The notes beneath the pieces are model-generated. The model was not told the origin of the DNA. It saw only the letters and a list, made by a program, of their open reading frames with translations, and searched no databases. From positions 1 through 63,401 of the IMG/VR virus record IMGVR_UViG_3300042541_000733: DNA of 63,401 nucleotides, one strand, 5' to 3'. A program made the translations under genes and the position numbers. The stretch is from a virus (lineage: Duplodnaviria > Caudoviricetes). Positions 19,011-26,078 of this stretch are shown here, piece after piece (positions within the stretch are counted from its first letter, which is position 1; every line of letters starts with the position of its first letter).

Positions 19011-19085
19011 GCGGGTATAGCTCAGAGGTAGAGCGTCACGTTGCCAACGTGAATGTCGTGGGTTCGATCCCCATTTCCCGCTCCA
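19011..19085 (+). tRNA. tRNA-Gly(GCC)
   Basis: Cloverleaf with CCA. Confidence 0.92.
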
Positions 19086-19089
19086 ATAT

Positions 19090-19164
19090 GCGCCAGTAGC
19101 TCAGTGGTAGAGCAGGGGTCTCTTAAACCCAAGGTCAAGAGTTCAATTCTCTTCTGGCACACCA
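19090..19164 (+). tRNA. tRNA-Lys(CTT)
   Basis: Cloverleaf with CCA. Confidence 0.88.
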
Positions 19165-19169
19165 ATTAA

Positions 19170-19243
19170 GGTCTTGTAGTGAATGGATATCACACCTCTC
19201 TGTCTAAGAGGAGTAACGAGTTTGAGCCTCGTCAAGATCGCCA
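19170..19243 (+). tRNA. tRNA-Asp(GTC)
   Basis: Cloverleaf with CCA; atypical T-loop TTTGAGC. Confidence 0.85.
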
Positions 19244-19335
19244 ATAACAGCCCACCTCTTGACAATGTGGGTGCCTGACATACGGGCTTGGGGAGAGATA
19301 TAAAGTATTAAGGTATGAAACTCCTCCACCATTTA

Positions 19336-19403
19336 GTACGCCGAGCATCCTTCGGGATACGCTGGGTAGGGTTGACGGCACCCTCGCAGTACGAAAGCCG
19401 TTA
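19336..19403 (+). ncRNA. Candidate pseudoknotted RNA
   Basis: ATCC-TTCG-GGAT hairpin; AGGGT-TGACGGC-ACCCT loop complementary to GCCGTTA. Confidence 0.5.
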
Positions 19404-19404
19404 T

Positions 19405-19481
19405 CTAGGTGTGGCGAAGTCTGGTATCGCACTTGCCTTGGGCGCAAGGGGCCGCAGGTTCGAATCCTGCCACCTAGACCA
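19405..19481 (+). tRNA. tRNA-Pro(TGG)
   Basis: Cloverleaf with CCA. Confidence 0.92.
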
Positions 19482-19551
19482 ATTCATGAAGTCTGAGTTG
19501 TGGGTACACTCGTAGTGGCACAAGTAGCTGAAGGAACCCTCGCCTAATTCT

Positions 19552-19626
19552 ATCAGTGTGGTGTAGCGGTAACATGCCGGTCTCCAAAACCGTGCGTCTA
19601 GGGTTCAAATCCTTACACTGATGCCA
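19552..19626 (+). tRNA. tRNA-Trp(CCA)
   Basis: Cloverleaf with CCA. Confidence 0.9.
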
Positions 19627-19629
19627 ATT

Positions 19630-19737
19630 AGAAGAGAAGGTAGCGGGCTGCGAACCTGCAAGAACATTCTGAGTGATCGCACACTCGGCATTAAGTATCC
19701 CATCGCCATTAGTGGCGATGCGTGGAGCTTCTCTTCT
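19630..19737 (+). ncRNA. Candidate 4-way-junction RNA with kissing loops
   Basis: AGAAGAGAAG/CTTCTCTTCT closing stem, three hairpins, complementary TGCGA/TCGCA loops. Confidence 0.6.
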
Positions 19738-19793
19738 TCTTACTTGACTTTGCTAATTGCCTCGTCTATAATATAACAACAATCAACGAGGTA

Positions 19794-19970
19794 ATGATGA
19801 AGCGAAGCGCATTCGAAAAGATTTTTTGGGATTCAGTTGATGCTGGTATCAATCCACATCCTGATACATATACAGAAGAAGAATTATGTGCATACAATCC
19901 TGCCGTGCCGCGTTGGTTCATTAAACAACATGTTGCAAAGCGGGATGCAAAAAAGAAAACGGGGTGCTGA
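19794..19970 (+). CDS. Hypothetical protein
   Basis: GAGG RBS, upstream TTGACT promoter; stop lies inside tRNA-Ala. Confidence 0.65.
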   Translation: MMKRSAFEKIFWDSVDAGINPHPDTYTEEELCAYNPAVPRWFIKQHVAKRDAKKKTGC

Positions 19971-20035
19971 TGATAACGGAAGCATGCCGCCCTTGCAAGG
20001 CGGACGACAGGGTTCGATTCCCTGGCATTCCACCA
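19961..20035 (+). tRNA. tRNA-Ala(TGC)
   Basis: G3.U70 pair, loop CTTGCAA, CCA. Confidence 0.88.
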
Positions 20036-20154
20036 ATTCGATCTAACTACTTACGCCTGAAGCGCCAGTTGCTTGAAACTGGATGACGTTATCAGGATTA
20101 GTCGATGAAATGTTAGAAGACATTCGCGCCAATACGTGCGGCGCAGCAAGTTTC

Positions 20155-20240
20155 GGGTAAGCGGCAACGACGGCGAGTTGCGGCGGACTGTAAATCCCCT
20201 GTCTAGTACTTAGTTGGTTCGAATCCAACCTTACCCACCA
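20155..20240 (+). tRNA. tRNA-Tyr(GTA)
   Basis: Type II cloverleaf with CCA. Confidence 0.88.
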
Positions 20241-20246
20241 AATTAT

Positions 20247-20459
20247 CCAGTATTCTAGAACAGACTGGAGAGACCTCGCAAGACTATCAGAGGGGAATGC
20301 TTGCTAATATCGGATTGCTTACCTCAATAAGCGCAATGGGCTAAACCGATAGGGTGTAAAGAATAAAAATTTGCCGAAAGGCATACGAAGCAGGCCTAGG
20401 GGTCGGTAGAAATGGCAGGGCATGAGCCCGTGCGCTCTGGGTGTAGAAATACCCGACCA
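20247..20459 (+). ncRNA. Candidate structured RNA(s)
   Basis: ORF-free; several stems; ends GGTCGG...CCGACCA. Confidence 0.4.
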
Positions 20460-20469
20460 ATTAATTTAC

Positions 20470-20544
20470 TGGCGCATAGCTCAGAGGTAGAGCACTGTCC
20501 TGATAAGACAGGGGTGGAAGGATCGTTACCTTCTGTGCCAACCA
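20470..20544 (+). tRNA. tRNA-Ile(GAT)
   Basis: Cloverleaf with CCA; atypical T-loop ATCGTTA. Confidence 0.85.
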
Positions 20545-20545
20545 T

Positions 20546-20935
20546 TTACTGCTGACTTGGAGCAATGTCGTATGAAATACGCTTCTTCTTTTTCTTTGTC
20601 GGTTGTGTAGGCTTAGGCACAGGCTTTACAATAGGCTTCTGCTTTGCGGCCTTAAGTTCTTTGTTGAGTTGATCAATAACAAGTCTTTGATCCTCAACCT
20701 TTGTATTAAGATAATCAACATCTTCCGTTAGAGTTGTGATCTGACCTTCAAGATCAGTCTTCTCTTTGATAACAACTTCAAGGTTATGTTGTGCTATCGA
20801 TGCCTGTTCTTGATATTGCTTAGCCGAGGCATAATAGTTTCTCATTTCAAAGAAAAGGTAGAACGTTGTGAAAACTGAAATGGCACAAAGCAAAAGTAAT
20901 AACAGTGTTGGCATAGTTCTAAGTCCTTTATTCAT
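20546..20935 (-). CDS. Membrane-anchored coiled-coil protein
   Basis: N-terminal TM helix, heptad region, Pro/Lys tail; AGGA RBS on the minus strand. Confidence 0.75.
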   Translation of the reverse strand: MNKGLRTMPTLLLLLLCAISVFTTFYLFFEMRNYYASAKQYQEQASIAQHNLEVVIKEKTDLEGQITTLTEDVDYLNTKVEDQRLVIDQLNKELKAAKQKPIVKPVPKPTQPTKKKKKRISYDIAPSQQ

Positions 20936-20978
20936 AATGCTAATCCTGTAGTAGACATTTAAAGTATATAGTTAATAT

Positions 20979-21052
20979 TGGGAGATCGTCTAAAGGTAGG
21001 ACGCAGGATTTTGATTCCTGCTATCTAGGTTCGAATCCTAGTCTCCCAGCCA
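20979..21052 (+). tRNA. tRNA-Gln(TTG)
   Basis: Cloverleaf with CCA. Confidence 0.92.
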
Positions 21053-21055
21053 ATT

Positions 21056-21130
21056 GAACCCTTAACTCAGTGGTAGAGTAGCGGGCTTTTAATCCGTCTG
21101 TCCTGGGTTCGAATCCCAGAGGGTTCTCCA
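21056..21130 (+). tRNA. tRNA-Lys(TTT)
   Basis: Cloverleaf with CCA. Confidence 0.9.
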
Positions 21131-21135
21131 AATAT

Positions 21136-21210
21136 GGTTCCATCGACTATCGGTTAGGTCAGGTCCCTTTCAAGGATCAGAGGCGGGTTCGACTCCCGCT
21201 GGAACTACCA
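21136..21210 (+). tRNA. tRNA-Glu(TTC)
   Basis: Cloverleaf with CCA. Confidence 0.92.
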
Positions 21211-21221
21211 ATCAAGGAGTT

Positions 21222-21356
21222 ATGATGTTCAAACTCACTTCATTATCTGCTATCGGAGCTAAGTCGTTGGCCAAGCAGTATGTGAGATTCGGTTACAAAC
21301 TGGTCTCACAAATTTATGACAAGAAGAAAGAAGTATACATTAGTACATTTAAGTGA
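21222..21356 (+). CDS. Hypothetical 44-aa protein
   Basis: AAGGAG RBS; fills the inter-tRNA gap. Confidence 0.6.
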   Translation: MMFKLTSLSAIGAKSLAKQYVRFGYKLVSQIYDKKKEVYISTFK

Positions 21357-21432
21357 TGCGGGATGGAGCAGAGGTAGCTCGCTGGTCTCATAAGCCAGAG
21401 GTCGTGGCGTTCGATTCCCACTCCTGCAACCA
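21357..21432 (+). tRNA. tRNA-Met(CAT), initiator-like body
   Basis: TGGAGCAG..GGTAGCTCG D arm as in fMet; lacks the three G:C anticodon-stem pairs. Confidence 0.78.
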
Positions 21433-21433
21433 A

Positions 21434-21508
21434 CCCGTTTTAGTTCAATGGTTAGAACGCATGTCTGTGGAACATGATACGGTGGTTCGATTCCACCACT
21501 CGGGACCA
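21434..21508 (+). tRNA. tRNA-His(GTG), no G-1, A73
   Basis: Loop CTGTGGA; two acceptor-stem mismatches; CCA. Confidence 0.8.
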
Positions 21509-21561
21509 CTTTGTTCATTCATTTGTACGCGAAGCGTCTATATGTACAAACAAGTGAACAT

Positions 21562-21635
21562 TGCCGGGTCGTCTAACGGTAGGACGCATGACTCTGACTC
21601 ATGCTATCGTGGTTCGAATCCATGCCTGGCAGCCA
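21562..21635 (+). tRNA. tRNA-Gln(CTG)
   Basis: Cloverleaf with CCA. Confidence 0.92.
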
Positions 21636-21651
21636 GAATAAATAAGTTAAT

Positions 21652-21727
21652 GGAGCCGTAGCAAAACGATTAATGCGCGGGACTGCAAATCCTTGAGGTA
21701 TCAGTTTGAATCTGATCGGCTCCTCCA
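21652..21727 (+). tRNA. tRNA-Cys(GCA)
   Basis: Cloverleaf, U73, CCA. Confidence 0.85.
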
Positions 21728-21732
21728 ATAAT

Positions 21733-21824
21733 GCATTCGTATCCCCCTCCGCTACGAACGGAGAGAAAGGTAACTGGAAATGGTATAACAACTAATGCAG
21801 GTTCGAATCCTGTCGAATGCTCCA
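21733..21824 (+). tRNA. tRNA-like RNA, Arg(ACG) anticodon, no canonical D arm
   Basis: Perfect acceptor, anticodon and T arms plus CCA; 7-nt linker replaces the D arm; 33-nt variable region. Confidence 0.65.
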
Positions 21825-21840
21825 TTAAAGGATAAAATTA

Positions 21841-22188
21841 ATGAAACTTATTAAAACTTTAATTGCCACATCATTTTTATTTGCGGCAATACCTTCTGCT
21901 CATGCTACCGTTGCTTCCTGGTATGATTGTGTGAAACCAGGTGAATGTAGTAAGAGCAAGATAACGGCTAATGGGGAAAAGTTTAATCCCAATGCGTTAA
22001 CAGCGGCGCATAAAACACTTCCATTTGGGACAAAAGTCCGTATTATACATAAAGGAAGATCCGTTGTTGTGAGAATTAATGATCGCGGCCCATTTATTAA
22101 GGGTCGTCATATTGATCTTTCCAGAGCTGCTGCTCGAAAAATTGGATGTCACGGAGTTTGCAGAGTGCAAATGGTTGTGATAAAATAA
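21841..22188 (+). CDS. rlpA: RlpA-like lytic transglycosylase (DPBB)
   Basis: [31 protein letters not shown]; signal peptide. Confidence 0.92.
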   Translation: MKLIKTLIATSFLFAAIPSAHATVASWYDCVKPGECSKSKITANGEKFNPNALTAAHKTLPFGTKVRIIHKGRSVVVRINDRGPFIKGRHIDLSRAAARKIGCHGVCRVQMVVIK

Positions 22189-22287
22189 TATATGTTAGAG
22201 GTTTGTGAGTGGACTGTATTTGACTGGAAACTCTCGTCAATCATAAAAGTGGAGGGCGTAACCACTATAAGAAATCGCATCGAATTT

Positions 22288-22375
22288 GGAAGGTTGGTAG
22301 AGTGGTCTATTGCGCTCGCCTTGAAAGCGAGAGAACCGAAATGTTTCGTGGGTTCGAATCCTACATCTTCCGCCA
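22288..22375 (+). tRNA. tRNA-Ser(TGA), copy 1
   Basis: Type II cloverleaf, G73, CCA. Confidence 0.9.
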
Positions 22376-22456
22376 TTTATGAGGGTGCATTGCCAACAAG
22401 CTTGATGGCTGCTAAATAGAGTAGTGTTTCCAACCCTTACCATTTACGGAGTTGAT

Positions 22457-23047
22457 ATGTATAAAGTCGAAATTGAAAATAATCTGGTGGCTAGATATGA
22501 TAATGTTATACCAGATAATCTATGCGACAGTATTGTCAACTATATGGCAATAAATAAACCAGAAAAACCCGTTATTGAAAAGCAACCTTGGCTACAAAAC
22601 GACAATCTTCCATTCCTTGATATTGAAAACAAAAGATTGCGTTGTCAAATCGATTCTTATAGATTCTTATTGAGTCAACTTGTAGGTAAACATTACAATA
22701 CATTTGTGTATCCAAATTTTTCTGATATTGTTGTCTGGCGAACAGGCATGTATATGGATTTTCATAAAGATGATGGAAACGAAGGCCCAATGAAACACGC
22801 CTTCGCGCCTCGCAAGTATAGTATGATTGCATATCTTAATGATAACTATGTTAGCGGTGAAACAGTAGTTCGATTTGAAGATGGTAGTGAATATACAAAT
22901 GTTCCTAAAAAAGGCTCAGTTTTCTTCTTCAAAGCAAATGAAGAATGCCTACATAAGGTTAATGCCATTTCAAAGGGCACAAGATACACTTATGCAATAT
23001 GGTTTGCAACCAATGCTTTTGAATGTGAATGTGTAGATAGCCATTAA
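22457..23047 (+). CDS. 2OG-Fe(II) oxygenase (prolyl hydroxylase-like)
   Basis: HKD, YLND, HKV, GTRY. Confidence 0.85.
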   Translation: MYKVEIENNLVARYDNVIPDNLCDSIVNYMAINKPEKPVIEKQPWLQNDNLPFLDIENKRLRCQIDSYRFLLSQLVGKHYNTFVYPNFSDIVVWRTGMYMDFHKDDGNEGPMKHAFAPRKYSMIAYLNDNYVSGETVVRFEDGSEYTNVPKKGSVFFFKANEECLHKVNAISKGTRYTYAIWFATNAFECECVDSH

Positions 23048-23053
23048 CAATTT

Positions 23054-23141
23054 GGATAGATGGCCGAGCGGCTGAAGGCGCCAGTCTTGAAAACTGGAGA
23101 ACAGAAATGTTTCGTGGGTTCGAATCCTACTCTATCCGCCA
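23054..23141 (+). tRNA. tRNA-Ser(TGA), copy 2
   Basis: Type II cloverleaf, G73, CCA. Confidence 0.92.
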
Positions 23142-23144
23142 CTT

Positions 23145-23246
23145 TCGGGACGAAGCCAGAGTAACTGAGACAACTGGCTTAATGAGTAACTGCTGGCAAA
23201 GCCGCTAAATGACTTTCTCAGGTCGTGCAGAGGCTCACGTACCCGA
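23145..23246 (+). ncRNA. Candidate multi-stem RNA with kissing loops
   Basis: Six stems; loop CTGAGA complementary to loop TCTCAG. Confidence 0.6.
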
Positions 23247-23267
23247 TCTAATTAAAAGGAAAACAAT

Positions 23268-23414
23268 ATGAGTAAAGATTGTGGATGTGGAAGAAGTCCA
23301 ACTGGAAAGTGTGTTGGATGGCATAACTTGACAAACGAAGATTATTCTGCTAAAATTAGAGAATACGAAAAGAAACAGTTGTCGGAATCTTCTCCTCAAC
23401 TGCTAAAAGACTAA
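23268..23414 (+). CDS. 48-aa CDGSH-like iron-sulfur peptide
   Basis: CGCGRSPTGKCVGWH; AAGGA RBS. Confidence 0.6.
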   Translation: MSKDCGCGRSPTGKCVGWHNLTNEDYSAKIREYEKKQLSESSPQLLKD

Positions 23415-23416
23415 AT

Positions 23417-23492
23417 GTGTTCTTGGTGAAGCTGGTGCTCACGTTTGCCTGAAGAGCGAAAGAACTCTGTTCGATCCAGAGAGAACACACCA
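23417..23492 (+). tRNA. tRNA-Phe(GAA)
   Basis: Cloverleaf with CCA. Confidence 0.85.
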
Positions 23493-23570
23493 AATTTCAC
23501 TTATTATAAATAAGTGTATATACTATGTAGTATGTAACAAATACTTAAACGTGAAAAAAGGAATCTAAAA

Positions 23571-24248
23571 ATGAAGTTCACAATTCTGTTCGGCGCAGTA
23601 GCACTAGCTGCGACTGCTTTCACACCACTTGCTCATGCCAGTGCCGCTCTTAGCGGTCTTGACAAGCAATGCTACAATATCCTTCGTGATGAATGGTCAA
23701 GCTGCAATAAGGGATCAGGTGCAGATAATAAGAATCTTCCTGATTTCAAGTTCAATATGAAGCATCGTGATAAGCCAGGAAAGCCTGACGATAACGACCA
23801 TGGTAATGGCAACGGTAATGGAAATGGAAATGGCCATGATAACGGCCATGATAACGGCCATGGAAATGGCAACGGTAATGGAAATGGAAATGGCAATGGT
23901 CATGATAACGGCCATGGAAATGGCAACGGTAATGGCAACGGTAATGGCAACGGTGGCGATAATGGAGGCGACAACGGTAACGATGGCGACAATGGTAATG
24001 GCAACGGTAATGGCAATGGTAACGGTAACGGCGGCAATAATGGCGGCGATGGTGGTTGCCAAGGAGCTGGCGGCGGTAACTGCGGCATAGGAAACGGTGG
24101 CGGTGGCGGCAACGGAACCGGCAACGAAGGTAACGGCAACGGACCTGGCAATAACAACGGCGGCGGTAATAACAACCCTCGTCAACATAATAGCAATGAT
24201 ATAAATGGTTTTGATCCTTCCAGCGGTCTATACGGACCTGGGACGTAA
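23571..24248 (+). CDS. Secreted Gly/Asn-rich low-complexity protein
   Basis: Signal peptide, (GN)n and GHDN repeats; TATAAATA at 23505; downstream terminator. Confidence 0.8.
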   Translation: MKFTILFGAVALAATAFTPLAHASAALSGLDKQCYNILRDEWSSCNKGSGADNKNLPDFKFNMKHRDKPGKPDDNDHGNGNGNGNGNGHDNGHDNGHGNGNGNGNGNGNGHDNGHGNGNGNGNGNGNGGDNGGDNGNDGDNGNGNGNGNGNGNGGNNGGDGGCQGAGGGNCGIGNGGGGGNGTGNEGNGNGPGNNNGGGNNNPRQHNSNDINGFDPSSGLYGPGT

Positions 24249-24260
24249 TGACAGATAAAC

Positions 24261-24282
24261 GATAAGGGCTTCGGCCCTTATC
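24261..24282 (+). terminator. UUCG hairpin, probable terminator or processing site
   Basis: GATAAGGGC-TTCG-GCCCTTATC. Confidence 0.6.
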
Positions 24283-24285
24283 TAT

Positions 24286-24361
24286 GCCGCTGGGACGGTA
24301 TTGGCTATCGTGCCCTCCTCATAAGGGGGATAACCCAGTTCGAAACTTGGCAGCGGCACCA
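24286..24361 (+). tRNA. tRNA-Met(CAT)
   Basis: GCCGCTG/CAGCGGC acceptor, loop CTCATAA, CCA. Confidence 0.8.
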
Positions 24362-24380
24362 AATTATAAAGAGAACAACA

Positions 24381-24731
24381 ATGTACACATATAATTGCAA
24401 AGTTCTTAATATTGTCGATGGCGATACTATTGATATTGAAATAGACCTTGGATTCAATATCAAAGTTAAGGAACGTGTTCGTCTCCTTGGCGTTGACACT
24501 CCAGAAGTATTTGGACCAAACGCATCGCCGGGCGGTATTGTCGCATCTGATTTTACCAAAGACTGGATCCAACAAAGACAGGCTATCAACAACAAGTTTG
24601 TATATTATAGCATCAAATATAATTCTAGAGATAAGTATGGTCGAAGCCTTGGTGTTATTATGTGGACTGGGTCTTTTCAGTCTGAAAGCTTGAATGAAGC
24701 TATTATTGCATCTGGTAATATCAAGAAGTAG
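24381..24731 (+). CDS. Thermonuclease (SNase-like)
   Basis: VDGDT, RLLGVDTPE, DKYGR. Confidence 0.88.
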   Translation: MYTYNCKVLNIVDGDTIDIEIDLGFNIKVKERVRLLGVDTPEVFGPNASPGGIVASDFTKDWIQQRQAINNKFVYYSIKYNSRDKYGRSLGVIMWTGSFQSESLNEAIIASGNIKK

Positions 24732-24782
24732 CAGCATTCTAAATACTTCACGGTCAATAAAGGCCAATAATGAGGTATTAAC

Positions 24783-24956
24783 ATGCTAAACACACTCGTT
24801 GTATTAGTTCTAGTCGTTGCCGTTCTCTGGGTTCTCTGGGAAATGTGGCAGAACGGTTGGGACCTTAAGAAGGGCGGCGCCGCTATCTTAGCTGCCATTG
24901 CTGCTTGGTGGGTATGGATCCACGATTCAGTAACTTCAATAGTTTCTGGAATGTAA
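24783..24956 (+). CDS. 57-aa membrane protein
   Basis: GAGG RBS; two Trp-rich hydrophobic segments. Confidence 0.65.
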   Translation: MLNTLVVLVLVVAVLWVLWEMWQNGWDLKKGGAAILAAIAAWWVWIHDSVTSIVSGM

Positions 24957-24963
24957 ATAAAGA

Positions 24964-25273
24964 ACCGTCGTTGGCCCGTGACGGTATATAAATCCTCGGG
25001 GTGTAAGTTCCTGCCTTGACCCTTCCATAAGGAATCACTGATCGCAGTAACCGCTAACGGGCCTCCAATTTAAATGCCGATTCCGACGGGAATCGGTCGA
25101 GTGCAAGGAAATGGCTGGACGCAAAGACCGGCTAACTTGGCTAGATGGTGTGGTGCCCGCGCGTGATCTACGAGAGTAGAAGATGTGTCGTCTCCGACCA
25201 AGAGAATCTAGGCTGTCACGTTGAACAGGTATCTGGGCCGTGACTTGTGGGTGTACCCGAATCCCACCTCACC
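24964..25273 (+). ncRNA. Candidate structured RNAs (two units)
   Basis: ORF-free, GC-rich, many stems; first unit ends ACGGGCC-T-CCA. Confidence 0.55.
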
Positions 25274-25295
25274 TTATTAATCAGTAGGAGCATAA

Positions 25296-25793
25296 ATGCC
25301 AGGTCCATTATGGGAAGCAACTAGAGACTTACACCATGCTTGTGAAGCGCATCCTGTTGGTGCTGCTATGGCAAGTGGTAGTCCACCCATGAAATGGTAT
25401 GCTGACTGGCTTTCCGCTCTTTACACTATACACTGGGAAGTTGATCAACATATTCCAGAAGTCATTCGTAGAACGGAAAGAGTTCAAAATGACTTGACAT
25501 CAACCAACTGTCCTGCTAATATAATACGTGCTGCCAACAAATATACTAATTCCTTAATAACGGAAAAAGATATTGCGGGTGCTGCTTATGTGCTTACTGG
25601 AGCGCACCTGATGGGCGGTGAGATTATGCGTAGGCGTCTTGTTGGTTATCCTACCACTCATCTGGAATGGGATGATCGTAAGGCTGCACTTGTGGAACTT
25701 AATAAGTTTAGAGAGCGTGAAGAGATTGCAGAGGAATCTAAAAAGTGTTTTCATGCTCTTCTAAAAATTATGGACGAAATTAAGGCCGATTAG
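25296..25793 (+). CDS. Heme oxygenase-like protein
   Basis: LWEATRDLHHACE (proximal His), AYVLTGAHLMGG. Confidence 0.75.
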   Translation: MPGPLWEATRDLHHACEAHPVGAAMASGSPPMKWYADWLSALYTIHWEVDQHIPEVIRRTERVQNDLTSTNCPANIIRAANKYTNSLITEKDIAGAAYVLTGAHLMGGEIMRRRLVGYPTTHLEWDDRKAALVELNKFREREEIAEESKKCFHALLKIMDEIKAD

Positions 25794-25859
25794 CTCAGTG
25801 GTAGTAGCGTCTCGTTTACACCGAGAATGTCGGGAGTTCGAATCTCTCATCGGCTACCA
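25784..25859 (+). tRNA. tRNA-Val(TAC)
   Basis: Cloverleaf with CCA; overlaps the upstream stop. Confidence 0.9.
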
Positions 25860-25864
25860 ATAAC

Positions 25865-25946
25865 GCGGATATGGTGAAATGGCAGACACGCTAGTCTTAG
25901 GAACTAGTGCTTCGGCGTGGGGGTTCAAGTCCCTCTATCCGCACCA
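25865..25946 (+). tRNA. tRNA-Leu(TAG)
   Basis: Type II cloverleaf with CCA. Confidence 0.93.
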
Positions 25947-25947
25947 A

Positions 25948-26069
25948 TTAGAGAAGTTCAGGCCCGCAAGGTCTGGCGGTAATTACAGTTGGGGCGCGGA
26001 ACCATACTCGTTGGCTCCTTTAGTCCCGGTACACAAGAGTAAAATATGGGTGAGTGTACACTTCTCTAA
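25948..26069 (+). ncRNA. Candidate 4-way-junction RNA with loop-loop pairing
   Basis: TTAGAGAAGT/ACTTCTCTAA closing stem plus three arms. Confidence 0.6.
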
Positions 26070-26078
26070 CTTAACAAA

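Noticed and set aside
19232-19515. ORF-track calls overlapping tRNAs (also 17282-17674, 21353-21661, 22192-22419, 25879-26255)
   Set aside because: They overlap clear cloverleaves and lack an RBS
22192-22440. Structured RNAs either side of tRNA-Ser copy 1
   Set aside because: Stems are short (5-7 bp) and too weak to call without covariation
23145-23246. Twister or HDV-like (theta) ribozyme
   Set aside because: The required pseudoknot order and core residues could not be matched by eye
23672-24188. Alternative-frame ORFs over the Gly-Asn repeat
   Set aside because: Artefacts of low-complexity codons
24964-25273. RNase P RNA, tmRNA or c-di-GMP riboswitch
   Set aside because: No GAGGAAAGTCC core, no tag ORF or T-arm end, only a short GACGCAAAG resemblance
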